Assembly (NCBI GenBank): GCA_963795085.1
Contig: CAWCFX010000004.1
Span: 352,001 to 416,000, forward strand
Direction of reading: 5' to 3'
Length of the DNA stretch: 64,000 bases
Source: an uncultured Gemmatimonadales bacterium
GTDB taxonomy: Bacteria; Gemmatimonadota; Gemmatimonadetes; Gemmatimonadales; GWC2-71-9
Shown one piece after another: positions 1-11,818 of the stretch (its first letter is position 1; each line of letters starts with the position of its first letter). Below the pieces are notes generated by a model that worked only from the letters and a program-made list of their open reading frames with translations, was not told where the DNA came from and ran no database searches. Made by a program: the position numbers and the translations under genes.

Positions 1-546
1 TGCGCCGACCTGGATGGGTTCAGGCTGGTGGGTGGAACCGCGGGCGGGCGCGCGCAACCGGTGCCCGCCGGTGCGCCCGACGCCGTGATCGTGGGTGATA
101 TCGGCCCGCTCTGGTCCTTCGACCTGGTGCAGCAGGCCTTCACCGCGCTGATGGGCGGGGCCCGGCTGATCGCCCTCAGCCGTGACCGCTACTGGATGAG
201 CGCGAATGGGTTGACGCTCGACTGCGGCGCCTTTGTGGCCGCACTCGAGTACGCGTCCGGGGCGGAATCGGTGCTCGCGGGAAAGCCAAGTCCGGCGTTC
301 TACCACGCCGCCGTGGCCGGCCTGGGCCTGGAGCCAGGCGCGGCCGAGGTCATCATGGTCGGCGACGACCTCCGGAGCGATGTCGGCGGGGCCCAGCGGG
401 CCGGGTACCATGGTTACCTGGTACGGACCGGCAAGTTCCGGGAGGACGCCCTCGCGGCAAGCGGCATCGTGCCGGACCGCATTCTCTCGAGCATTGCCGA
501 CCTCGCCCCGCCTGCGGGGTCGGCGCGCCCGCCGGGTGCCCATTAG
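1..546 (+). CDS. HAD-IIA family hydrolase (LHPP/HDHD2-like), 5' truncated by window
   Basis: Frame open from base 1; motifs AGKPS, MVGDDLRSDVGGA, VRTGKF typical of the HAD IIA C-terminal half. Confidence 0.85.
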   Translation, partial: CADLDGFRLVGGTAGGRAQPVPAGAPDAVIVGDIGPLWSFDLVQQAFTALMGGARLIALSRDRYWMSANGLTLDCGAFVAALEYASGAESVLAGKPSPAFYHAAVAGLGLEPGAAEVIMVGDDLRSDVGGAQRAGYHGYLVRTGKFREDALAASGIVPDRILSSIADLAPPAGSARPPGAH

Positions 547-576
547 ATTCCGCACTCCCAGAACCGGAGCCCGGCC

Positions 577-2178
577 CTGCTTTCGCGTAGTACGCTCGCC
601 CTCCTCCTCACGGTCGCCAGTCCCGCTCTCGTCGCCGCACAGGTCCCGGACGACTCCGCCAGCCGGACCATCCGCGCCCTCTCCATCCAGCGGAACGACA
701 TCTTCGATCCGGCCGAAAGCACCAGCTGGTTCACCCGGCTGGCCAACCGGCTGCATATCACCACCCGGGAGGGCGTCGTTCGCCGGGAGCTGCTGCTCCA
801 GCCGGGCGAGCCGTACGACTCGGCCCGGGCCGCGGAGACGGCCCGGAACCTCCGGGCGCTGGGCGTCTTTCGTCAGGTCGGCGTGGATACCGTGCGAGGA
901 GACTCCGGGCTGACCCTCCGGGTGGTCACCCGGGATGGCTGGAGTACCCGCCCCGATTTCCGGTTCCGCAGCACCGGCGGCGAAACCGAGTACACCCTCG
1001 CCTTCATTGAAGACAACGTCCTCGGTACCGCGACGCAGGCGTCAGTCAAGTATCGAAAGACGCCCGACCGCACCTCGACCTCGCTGGCATTCCTGCAGCC
1101 CCGGTTCATCTCCCGCACGATCCGGCTGGGCCTGGAATACCAGGATCGCTCCGATGGCCGCCGCTTCGCCGTACTGGCGGGGCAACCGTTCTATTCGCTC
1201 AGCTCACGGGCCAGCCTCCTGGTCCGGGCCGAAGACCGGCAGGAGCGGGTGCTGCGGTTCCTCGAAGGGAACCGGGCGGCCCGGGATACCCTGCGCCGGG
1301 AGTTCCGGCTGCTGCGGGCGGAGACGGGACTCGCATTCGGTGCCTCGCCCCGCGGGTATCTGAGGGCGGGGCTGATCGGCCAGGTCCGCGAGGATGGATT
1401 CCAACCCGAGGGTGCCGGCCCCATCACCGGAAACACGACCGGCGCCCTCGGCCCCTACCTGGAATGGCGGCGGGCCCGGTTCATCCTGGCGCGCGGTTTC
1501 GTCGGGTTTGGCCGGGAAGAGGACGTGGATGTCAGTACCGCGGTGCGCGTGGGCGCGCTGGCCGCTCCCGCCGCCTTCGGGTACGACCGGGATGGAGTGG
1601 CGCCATTCATCGCCGGCCGGGCGGGAACCTCGTTTGGGGCGGGGTTCGTCTTTCTCGACCTGAAGGCCAACGGGCTCTACGATTCGGGCGGGCTGGACTC
1701 GGGTTCGGTCACGGTGGGCGGCACCGTGGTACTGCAGCCGGGCGACCGCCATACCGTGGTGGTCCACGGCGACGCCGGCTGGATCCGGAATCCGCTGCCG
1801 GGGGAAGAGTTTGACCTGGGGCCCGGCACCGGGCCCCGGGCGTTTCGATCGCATGCCTTCACCGGCGACCGCTCCTTCTTCACCACGGCGGAGTATCGCT
1901 ACACCCTCATCGACGAATTGTGGAAGGTCGTGGGCGTGGGCGTGGCGGGATTCGTGGACTACGGCGGCGCCTGGTACGACGGCTCCCCCCGGCGCACCGG
2001 CTGGGATGCGGGCATCGGCCTCCGGCTCGGCGCCAGCCGGGCGGCGGGGGTGGAGGCGATCCGGCTGGACCTGGCGCACCGGTTTGGCAACGACGCTGAA
2101 GGGGGTGGGTGGCTCCTGGTGGTCGGCAAAGGCCTGACCTTCTCCACCACGCCGGGCGTGGGGAATAGGGGAGATTGA
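577..2178 (+). CDS. Omp85/BamA-TamA-like outer membrane protein with POTRA domain; probable CTG start
   Basis: ORF track starts at 883, but the frame is open back to 547 and encodes a signal peptide (LLSRSTLALLLTVASPALVAAQ) and a POTRA-like segment (TTREGVVRRELL...ETARNLRALGVF). GGAG at 566-569 precedes CTG 577. C-terminal beta-barrel-like region (AEYRY, FVDYGGAW, GIGLR). Confidence 0.7.
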   Translation: MLSRSTLALLLTVASPALVAAQVPDDSASRTIRALSIQRNDIFDPAESTSWFTRLANRLHITTREGVVRRELLLQPGEPYDSARAAETARNLRALGVFRQVGVDTVRGDSGLTLRVVTRDGWSTRPDFRFRSTGGETEYTLAFIEDNVLGTATQASVKYRKTPDRTSTSLAFLQPRFISRTIRLGLEYQDRSDGRRFAVLAGQPFYSLSSRASLLVRAEDRQERVLRFLEGNRAARDTLRREFRLLRAETGLAFGASPRGYLRAGLIGQVREDGFQPEGAGPITGNTTGALGPYLEWRRARFILARGFVGFGREEDVDVSTAVRVGALAAPAAFGYDRDGVAPFIAGRAGTSFGAGFVFLDLKANGLYDSGGLDSGSVTVGGTVVLQPGDRHTVVVHGDAGWIRNPLPGEEFDLGPGTGPRAFRSHAFTGDRSFFTTAEYRYTLIDELWKVVGVGVAGFVDYGGAWYDGSPRRTGWDAGIGLRLGASRAAGVEAIRLDLAHRFGNDAEGGGWLLVVGKGLTFSTTPGVGNRGD

Positions 2179-2252
2179 GAATTGAGGGAATTGAGGGAAT
2201 TGAGGAATTGAGGGAATTGAGAGAATCGGGGAAGTGAGGGATTGAGAGATTG
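2161..2252 (+). repeat. Degenerate tandem 9-mer array (GAATTGAGG) overlapping the stop codon
   Basis: gagaattgagggaattgagggaattgaggaattgagggaattgagag seen directly. Confidence 0.9.
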
Positions 2253-2277
2253 TCGCAGCCGGTGCACATTCAGGCCC

Positions 2278-2706
2278 ATGAGCCAACCCAATCCGCCGGT
2301 CGAAGGTCCTGAAGCGTCCCCCCCTCGCGGATGGAGCCGGAAGACCAAGGTCGTACTAGCCGCAGTGGTACTCTCCCCGCTCGTGATCTTTGGCCTCTAC
2401 ACGCTGCTGGTGCTTACCTGGAGCTATTCCGACGGCTGGCGGGCCGGGGTGCTGCAGAAGTTTTCGCACAAGGGATACGTCTGCAAGACCTGGGAAGGCG
2501 AACTGGCCATGACCCCGGTGCCGGGCGCGGCGCCCCAGATCTGGCTCTTCAGCGTGCGGGACGAAGCGGTCTCCCGGGCCATGAGCGAAGCGGTGGGGCA
2601 GCGGGTTCGCATCCATTACCGCGAGCACCGAGGCGTACCTTCGGAATGTTTTGCCACCACCGACTACTTCGCGGACAGCCTCGTCGTGGAGAGTGCTGGT
2701 CCATAA
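2278..2706 (+). CDS. Conserved hypothetical single-TM membrane protein
   Basis: ATG 2278; hydrophobic N-terminal helix, then YSDGWRAGVLQKFSHKGYVCKTWEGELAM. Confidence 0.75.
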   Translation: MSQPNPPVEGPEASPPRGWSRKTKVVLAAVVLSPLVIFGLYTLLVLTWSYSDGWRAGVLQKFSHKGYVCKTWEGELAMTPVPGAAPQIWLFSVRDEAVSRAMSEAVGQRVRIHYREHRGVPSECFATTDYFADSLVVESAGP

Positions 2707-2789
2707 GCCTCAATTCTGCAATAGCTTAGAATCTACCCAGCAGGTCCCTGCGGCTGGGCCACACCCGTCCCGGCACCGCCACGGGGGTG

Positions 2790-2820
2790 TTGACAGTTTG
2801 TAACAGAATTCGTATATGAT
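2790..2820 (+). promoter_or_regulatory. Putative sigma70 promoter for susC-susD
   Basis: Perfect TTGACA 2790-2795; TATATG at 17 nt or TATGAT at 19 nt spacing; AT-rich patch. Confidence 0.55.
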
Positions 2821-2924
2821 GTAATCTGAAACTCTGTCAGGGCCAACTCTCCATTTTTTCTCCTCACGTTTTTCCCCCATACGGTCGGTCGAGGACGTCA
2901 GGTCCTCGCCGGGAGTAAACACCA

Positions 2925-5834
<2,910 letters not shown>

Positions 5835-5836
5835 AC

Positions 5837-7159
5837 ATGAAAACCAGACGCCTTCTCCTGGCGCTGCTCATCGGGGCGACCGCCTGCGAGTTTGAAGTAG
5901 CCAACCCGAACAGCCCCGATCCGATCGGTGATAACCCGAGCCGGGAACAGGTCGCCGCCGCCGCCATCGGCCTGCTCATCGGCGCGCAGCAGGATGCCGC
6001 CGACTGGATCGTGGACGTAGGCATCATCGGCCGCGAAGCGTATCGGTTCGACGGCTCGGATCCCCGCTTTACCTCCGAGCTCCTCACGGGCTCTCTCGAT
6101 GCCGGCGGCGGCGCCTTCGGCGGCGACCACTGGCTGGAACAGTACCGGACCATCCGGACCGCCAACAATCTGATCCGGGTGCTGCCGACCGCCTCGGCGC
6201 TGTCGGCGGCGGAACAGAGCGCGGCCGCCGGGTTCGCCCGCACCCTGAAGGCCTACAGCTTTCTGATCGTGGTGAGCGGCCATATCCAGGACAGTATTCC
6301 GATCGACGTGGACATCGCCCCCGAGGGGCCGCCGGCTCCCTTCGTGAGCAATGCCCAGGCCTACGCGTACATCGTGGCCCTGCTCGATTCGGCCCAGGCC
6401 GACCTGCTGGCCGGCGGCGGCAACTTCCCCTTCTCGCTGAGCAACGGGTTCACCGGGTTTACGACCCCGGCGGCCTTCAACCAGTTCAATCGCGCGCTGC
6501 GCGCCCGGGTCGCGGTGTACGAGGGCAACTTCGCGGACGCGCTCACCGCGCTGGGCGCATCGTTCATTGACACGCTGCCTCCGTTCGACCTCCAGGCCGG
6601 CGCGTACCACAGCTTCGGCACCGGTCCGGGCGAGCTGCCCAACGCCCTGGCGCTGAATCCCCAGACCGGCGAGAACTACGCCCACCCCTCGCTGGTGACC
6701 GACGCCCAGCAGCAGCCCGGCGGCGCCCTGGACCAGCGCTTCCTCGACAAGGTGGTGACCCGCCCCTCGGCCACGGTGGACAACCTCACCTCCGACCTGG
6801 GCTGGATCCGCTACCCCAGCCCGTCGTCCCCGATCCCGATCATCCGGAACGAAGAACTGATTCTGCTCCGGGCCGAGGCGAATATCGGGCTCAGCAACTT
6901 CGTGGACGCCGCGGCCGATATCAACTTCGTGCGGGTCAACTCGGGGGGGCTGGCGCCTATCGCGGTCCCGGGAGGACAGACGGCGGCCCTCGACGCGCTT
7001 CTGTACGAAAAGCGCTATTCGCTGCTGTATGAAGGGGGACACCGCTGGATTGACCTGCGGCGCTACGGGCGGCTTTCCGAAATTCCGCTGGACCGGGCCG
7101 GGGACCTGGTCTATACCACGTACCCGATCCCGACCAACGAGATTCTGCCGAGACAGTAG
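5837..7159 (+). CDS. susD: RagB/SusD family nutrient-binding lipoprotein
   Basis: ATG 2 nt after susC stop; lipobox GATAC; IIRNEELILLRAEA and EGGHRWIDLRRYG SusD motifs. Confidence 0.9.
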   Translation: MKTRRLLLALLIGATACEFEVANPNSPDPIGDNPSREQVAAAAIGLLIGAQQDAADWIVDVGIIGREAYRFDGSDPRFTSELLTGSLDAGGGAFGGDHWLEQYRTIRTANNLIRVLPTASALSAAEQSAAAGFARTLKAYSFLIVVSGHIQDSIPIDVDIAPEGPPAPFVSNAQAYAYIVALLDSAQADLLAGGGNFPFSLSNGFTGFTTPAAFNQFNRALRARVAVYEGNFADALTALGASFIDTLPPFDLQAGAYHSFGTGPGELPNALALNPQTGENYAHPSLVTDAQQQPGGALDQRFLDKVVTRPSATVDNLTSDLGWIRYPSPSSPIPIIRNEELILLRAEANIGLSNFVDAAADINFVRVNSGGLAPIAVPGGQTAALDALLYEKRYSLLYEGGHRWIDLRRYGRLSEIPLDRAGDLVYTTYPIPTNEILPRQ

Positions 7160-7343
7160 AGGGATTGAGGGAATGGGGGAATTGAGGGAATTGAGGGAAT
7201 GTTGGAATTGAGGGAATGGGGGAATTGAGGGAATGGGGGAATTGAGGGAATTGAGGGAAATGTGGAATTGAGAGAATAAAGGGAATTTGATTCAATTCCA
7301 ACATTCCCTCAATTCCCTCAATTCCACATTTCCCTCAATTCCT
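7160..7343. repeat. Mirror-image 9-mer arrays (GGAATTGAG)n / (CTCAATTCC)n between convergent genes
   Basis: G-rich units 7160-7287, C-rich reverse-complement units 7292-7343. Confidence 0.9.
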
Positions 7344-8378
7344 TCAGCAGATCCCTCCCGCCAGGAACCAGCAGCTGGCGTGGCTGCTGGTCTTGAAGAA
7401 GCCGAGCAGCAGGTTGGCGACCTTGGTCTCGCCGGAGGTGGAGGGGTGGGTGCCGTCGGACTGAAAATCCCCGGGCGACCAGGTCAGGCCGTCGCCCCGG
7501 GGATTTTCTCCGTCCGCCCACAGGTAGGGTCCCCACGCCAGCCAGGGGGCGACGGTGTCGTAGTTGAGGCTGCCGGCCCGGGGGTCCACCACGGTGCCGC
7601 CGTTGGCCATCTGGGCGATCTGGGCCTCGATCAGCCATTTCACCGAGAAGCCGGTTTCGTACGCGAAGGGCTCCGGGTTGAGCTGGACCGAGGCGTACCC
7701 CGCATAGATCCGGCTGGAGAGGAAGACGATCTGCAGGTTGGGATACCGTGACTTGAGCGCCCGGGCGATCGCGGCCAGGCTGGTCTCCAGCGCATAGGCG
7801 TCCGCGCTGGCGGAGGGCAGGCTGGTGGTGGGGCCAGGATTGGCCTCCTTGAGCCACACCGCCTGCACCTGCGCCTCGGTGAGGCCCAGCGGGGCCAGCA
7901 CCTGGTCGCGAACCCGGTCGTAGTTCGGATCGGAGGGGGCATCCCAGGCGGTGGCGGTCTCGCTGCCCTTGGCGCCGTTGGCGATGACCAGGGTGCCGTG
8001 ATTCACCGCGCCGTCCGCCGCGGCCCGCGCCGAGAAGGTCCAGGCGTTACAGGGACTGGTCTGCACGCCGCACCACTCCTGGGTGGTGTTGGACATGCCC
8101 ACCGAGAGCAGGACGTACTTGCCGTTGGCGCTGGGAGCGCCGTTCACTCCCCGCGGTTGAATCCGACCCGCGCGCACCCGGCCGACGCTGTCATGCATGA
8201 ACGGCATGGTGTTGAGCCCGCCGGGGTAGAGCCCGCCTTCGAACCTGCCGAGGTAGTCGCCGGGGCCCAGGTCGCTGAGGGCGCGGCCCGTCGAGCCGGG
8301 AGAGGGATCGGTGCTGCCGCAGGCCGCGAGCGCGGCAACCACGAGGAAGACAGCCAGGCGCAGGGTCAGCCGGGACAC
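7344..8378 (-). CDS. Hypothetical lipoprotein, SGNH/GDSL-like fold possible
   Basis: GTG start; lipobox LAAC; SVGMSN near N-terminus of the domain and DGTHP near C-terminus resemble SGNH blocks I and V. Confidence 0.65.
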   Translation of the reverse strand: MSRLTLRLAVFLVVAALAACGSTDPSPGSTGRALSDLGPGDYLGRFEGGLYPGGLNTMPFMHDSVGRVRAGRIQPRGVNGAPSANGKYVLLSVGMSNTTQEWCGVQTSPCNAWTFSARAAADGAVNHGTLVIANGAKGSETATAWDAPSDPNYDRVRDQVLAPLGLTEAQVQAVWLKEANPGPTTSLPSASADAYALETSLAAIARALKSRYPNLQIVFLSSRIYAGYASVQLNPEPFAYETGFSVKWLIEAQIAQMANGGTVVDPRAGSLNYDTVAPWLAWGPYLWADGENPRGDGLTWSPGDFQSDGTHPSTSGETKVANLLLGFFKTSSHASCWFLAGGIC

Positions 8379-8452
8379 AAGACGCTCCGGAGAAAGGCTG
8401 CGATAGGTTACCCCTAGCCGCCGCCCGCTGGCAAGTGCTATTCTTCGCCACC

Positions 8453-8812
8453 ATGACACAGCACGGCTGGGCCCGGGCAACAACCAAGGCGGCCGACACG
8501 CTCCGGCGAGGCGCGTGGTATCCCATCGTGGACCAGGCGGAGGACGGCCGGGTCGTCGTGGTGGAGGTAGACCGCAAGCCGGTCCAGGTCAGCCGTGACG
8601 ATGTGCATGTGCGGCAGGACCCGCCCAACTGCTGGAGCGTGGTGTATCGTACCGGGGTCATGCGTCCCACCTTCGGCGGTGTCGCGCCGCTCCCGACCTA
8701 CGCCGTCTGCCCGAACTGCCGGGAACGCCAGGAGTTCGAGGGCAAGCCGGCCCGGATGGCCTGCCAGCGATGTAAGAACGAATCAGATATTGACTGGACG
8801 GATACCTGCTAA
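8453..8812 (+). CDS. Small hypothetical protein with C-terminal zinc ribbon
   Basis: CPNC...CQRC pair; N-terminal LRRGAWYPIV beta-rich segment. Confidence 0.75.
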   Translation: MTQHGWARATTKAADTLRRGAWYPIVDQAEDGRVVVVEVDRKPVQVSRDDVHVRQDPPNCWSVVYRTGVMRPTFGGVAPLPTYAVCPNCRERQEFEGKPARMACQRCKNESDIDWTDTC

Positions 8813-9040
8813 GTGGGTCAGTGGGTCAGTGGGACAAAAGCAAAGGGGCCAGTGGGATACTTCCCACAGGCCCCTTCATCATGTTACCTCCTGACCCACC
8901 GACCCACCGACCCACCGACCCACCGACCCACCGACCCACTGTCCCACTGACCCACTGTCCCACTGACCCACTGTCCCACTGACCCACTGTCCCACTGACC
9001 CACTGTCCCACTGTCCCACTGTGCCCCTGTCCCCCTTCTC
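8812..9040. repeat. Mirror-image 8-mer arrays (GTGGGTCA/GTGGGACA and reverse complement) with central hairpin
   Basis: 3 G-rich units after the + stop; hairpin aaggggcc-agtggga...tcccac-a-ggcccctt at 8843-8877; 16 C-rich units 8892-9019. Confidence 0.92.
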
Positions 9041-10582
9041 TCAGGCCAGCTTCACCATCGGCTGGGCGTTGAGATAGGCCAGGTGATCGTGGTAGATCGC
9101 GCCCTCGGGGAGGGCGTCGTAGAACACGCCCAGCTCGGCCTTGATCCGCTGGTGGTAGAACTCGGGCAGGATGGTGGATTCCCCATCGAAGTACTTGCGC
9201 ACCGTGGGATCGGTGTCGAGCAGGCCCCGGATGGTCGAATAGTACTTGATCCGGCCGTACCCCTCGGCCGACACGGCCCGGAGGGCGTTCATCCAGGCGG
9301 GAATCCGCTCGGTGTTGGCCCGGAAACGCCGGTAGATGCTCCGCATCGAGAAGGCGTACTTGGTCAGGTCGATGACGTAGCTGTAGAACTCCTTCCACTC
9401 GTAATTCTTGGGCTTCACGTTCATCGAGTGGTAGTTGTTGATGAAATGGAACGGGAACGGAAGCACCCGGCCGTCCCGCTGCAGGTCGATGTTGAGCGGC
9501 GCCGCCTGTCCGAAGGCGGAGAGCAGGGAGTAGGCCGGGAAGGCGCCCGGAGTCAGGTCGATGAAGCGCTTGCTCAGCTCGAACGGCTCCGGTCCCGAAT
9601 CCATGTCCAGGCCGAGCACGAAGTTGGTCTGGATGAACGGGATGTAGCGTTGCATCATGTTGACGTGGTCGGACACTTGCTGGACCTTGTCCATGCCGGC
9701 GGACTTGCCCGTCTTGGACTTGTTCCCCAGCGCATACCACGATTCCACGCCCGGCAGGATCCCCTTGAAGCCGTTCTTCTGCAGCCGCTTCAGGTGCGGT
9801 TCGTTGAGCAGTGACAGGCTGCTCTCGGCGATGAAGTCCATGCTGCCGGCGGGCACCGCTTCCTCAATCGCGCCCATGTAGTCTTCAAACCGCACCCCGA
9901 AGTTGGGGTCGTGCCAGCCGACCCGGGGCCGCTTCATCCTGGTCAGGAGGAACTTGAGATCTTCCCGCATCTGGTCGAAGCCGAGCGGCTGGAAATCCAC
10001 CGTCGAGTCGATGCAGAAGTGGCAGGTATAGGGACACCCCAGGCTGCCGATCATGGGGACGATCTTGAGCGCCGGCGCCTTGGCCAGCGTCTGCTCCACG
10101 AACTTCCATCGTTCCCGGACGCCGGGTAGCGTCGCCGGCTGCTGCCGGGCCGAGATCTGCATGCCCTCGGGCCGGTGCTGGCTGCAGTCCTGCAGCACTT
10201 CCTCGATGACGGCCTTATCGGTGAAGCCGAGGACGTAGTCGAAGTACTTGGCGGCATCCTGCGGATAGCACCGCGCGTGCGGCCCGCCCAGCACCGTGAT
10301 CGCGCCCCGCTTCCGGTACAGGTTGCTCAGCGCGTAGGTGAGCAGGGCCGCCTGGGTAAAGGCGCTGAAGAAGACGATGTCGGCATCGCCCGCTACTTCC
10401 TTCTCGAGGTCTTCAAACCCGGTATAGGCGATGAAGCGGACGTCATGTCCGGCTTCCTCGCACCACACGCCGACCACCTGGGGCATGATGCTGGCGTAGT
10501 TCGGGTGCATGAGCCGGGCCCACATCGCGTTAGTGGGTCCCCGACAGGTGAAATCAATGATGGTTACTCGGAGACGTCGCAT
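9041..10582 (-). CDS. B12-binding-domain radical SAM protein
   Basis: GGPHA in N-terminal cobalamin-binding-like domain; SLGCPYTCHFC CxxxCxxC motif. Confidence 0.88.
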   Translation of the reverse strand: MRRLRVTIIDFTCRGPTNAMWARLMHPNYASIMPQVVGVWCEEAGHDVRFIAYTGFEDLEKEVAGDADIVFFSAFTQAALLTYALSNLYRKRGAITVLGGPHARCYPQDAAKYFDYVLGFTDKAVIEEVLQDCSQHRPEGMQISARQQPATLPGVRERWKFVEQTLAKAPALKIVPMIGSLGCPYTCHFCIDSTVDFQPLGFDQMREDLKFLLTRMKRPRVGWHDPNFGVRFEDYMGAIEEAVPAGSMDFIAESSLSLLNEPHLKRLQKNGFKGILPGVESWYALGNKSKTGKSAGMDKVQQVSDHVNMMQRYIPFIQTNFVLGLDMDSGPEPFELSKRFIDLTPGAFPAYSLLSAFGQAAPLNIDLQRDGRVLPFPFHFINNYHSMNVKPKNYEWKEFYSYVIDLTKYAFSMRSIYRRFRANTERIPAWMNALRAVSAEGYGRIKYYSTIRGLLDTDPTVRKYFDGESTILPEFYHQRIKAELGVFYDALPEGAIYHDHLAYLNAQPMVKLA

Positions 10583-10749
10583 CGAAACTCCGGTATGAAC
10601 CGCACTACATGTTAGAACCCGAAGAGACCAGCCGGGGGCCCTGAAAGGGGAATGTCGGGAGAGGTGCTGGGGGATAATACCGGAAGAATACCCGCCCGGC
10701 TAGGGTAATACTGACAGCTGGTCAGGGGATTCCTGACGGGGATCCCTTC

Positions 10750-11112
10750 TCAAAGCGGTATGTCAAAAGGACTTACGCTCTGGGCCAGGCAGTCCAGGGG
10801 GATCCACCCCTGCCGGTCATCATTCGTGGTGACGAGCGCCCATCCCAGGGCTTCCTCGACCACGTGAACCATCTCTCCACTCTTCACACTGAGTTCATGC
10901 GCCCGGTAGTCGCGCAGCGCTTCTCCCTCCTCGCCAGATACCCGAAGAAACGATTCAGGAATCCAGCCGCTTCTGCCGTCGCGGGCCGAGGTGCCCCAGA
11001 TCCAGCCGGGATACTCGATGTCGCGGGCGCCCAGCCGCACCCGTTCGCCCGCCTTCAATTCAATGGGATCAGGATACTTGGGATCGTAGTTCCGGATTAC
11101 CTGGGCTGGCAT
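10750..11112 (-). CDS. Tandem SH3-domain protein
   Basis: Two repeats: YDP..IELKAGE...GWIW...GWIP and YRA..LSVKSGE...GWAL...GWIP. Confidence 0.8.
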   Translation of the reverse strand: MPAQVIRNYDPKYPDPIELKAGERVRLGARDIEYPGWIWGTSARDGRSGWIPESFLRVSGEEGEALRDYRAHELSVKSGEMVHVVEEALGWALVTTNDDRQGWIPLDCLAQSVSPFDIPL

Positions 11113-11214
11113 GGATGCGTCAACTGCTGGGGGAACCGGTCGGAGCTTGCGGACTGCCGGAAAGGTACTGCCGGTTGACCGGCGAACAAGGCAGGCCCTG
11201 GCGGGTGGGGGTTG

Positions 11215-11658
11215 TCAGCCTGCCAACGGCAACGGCCGCTTGCCGACCACCGGGCCGCGGCTGTCCCGCCGGTTCATTGAAAGAAAGAGATTGAGCGCGA
11301 AGCACCACGCGCCCACCGTTTCCAGGAAGCCGCCAAGGACGAGGAGGCCGCTGCCCCACGCGGCGCCGCCAGGGCGCCCGAAGAAGCCGGTTACCATGGC
11401 AATGAGCCCCAGGTTGGCGAGCCACCAGTGCGCCACCGCCATCCGGGGGCTGTAGAGCCCATAGCCCATCATGCGGGGCAGGATCTGGTACCCCACGCCG
11501 AAGATGATCATGGCCACGAAACCCAGCAGGTTCATGTGCACGTGGGCCGGCCGGTAGATGATCCAGGCCGGCTCGATCGCCATGGCAAGGCCGAGCGCGG
11601 CACCGGCGCATAGCCAGGCCAGGCCGGATTTCACGAATGTTCGGGGTGCCCAATCCAT
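11215..11658 (-). CDS. 4-TM membrane protein resembling a heme-copper oxidase subunit I fragment
   Basis: GAGGAG SD before ATG 11658; AHVHMNLLGF and YQILPR motifs, AHWWLAN. Confidence 0.7.
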   Translation of the reverse strand: MDWAPRTFVKSGLAWLCAGAALGLAMAIEPAWIIYRPAHVHMNLLGFVAMIIFGVGYQILPRMMGYGLYSPRMAVAHWWLANLGLIAMVTGFFGRPGGAAWGSGLLVLGGFLETVGAWCFALNLFLSMNRRDSRGPVVGKRPLPLAG

Positions 11659-11818
11659 AAGGTCTCCTCGTGCCGCGGATACGGACCGGCGGAATGGCAA
11701 AGCTCAAATCATGGTGGTCAGGGAGGGAAGTCGGCGGGAAAACAGTCTGAAGAAGACTTCATGTCAAGATGGCCACGACCGAGCCCACTCGCGGGACTTC
11801 GCCTGCGGCAATGGCTGG

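Noticed and set aside
1..2178. TAG read-through fusing the HAD hydrolase to the Omp85-like protein (same frame)
   Set aside because: A signal peptide and SD+CTG follow the stop; a cytoplasmic HAD fused ahead of a signal peptide is implausible; other genes here end normally in TAG
8892..9019. Repeat arrays (also 7160, 22829, 33032) as CRISPR arrays
   Set aside because: Units are 7-15 nt with no unique 25-45 nt spacers; no cas genes in the window
10590..10745. Cobalamin or SAM riboswitch upstream of the B12 radical SAM gene
   Set aside because: No recognisable B12-box or SAM-I core; only three short AATAC repeats; an Rfam scan would be needed
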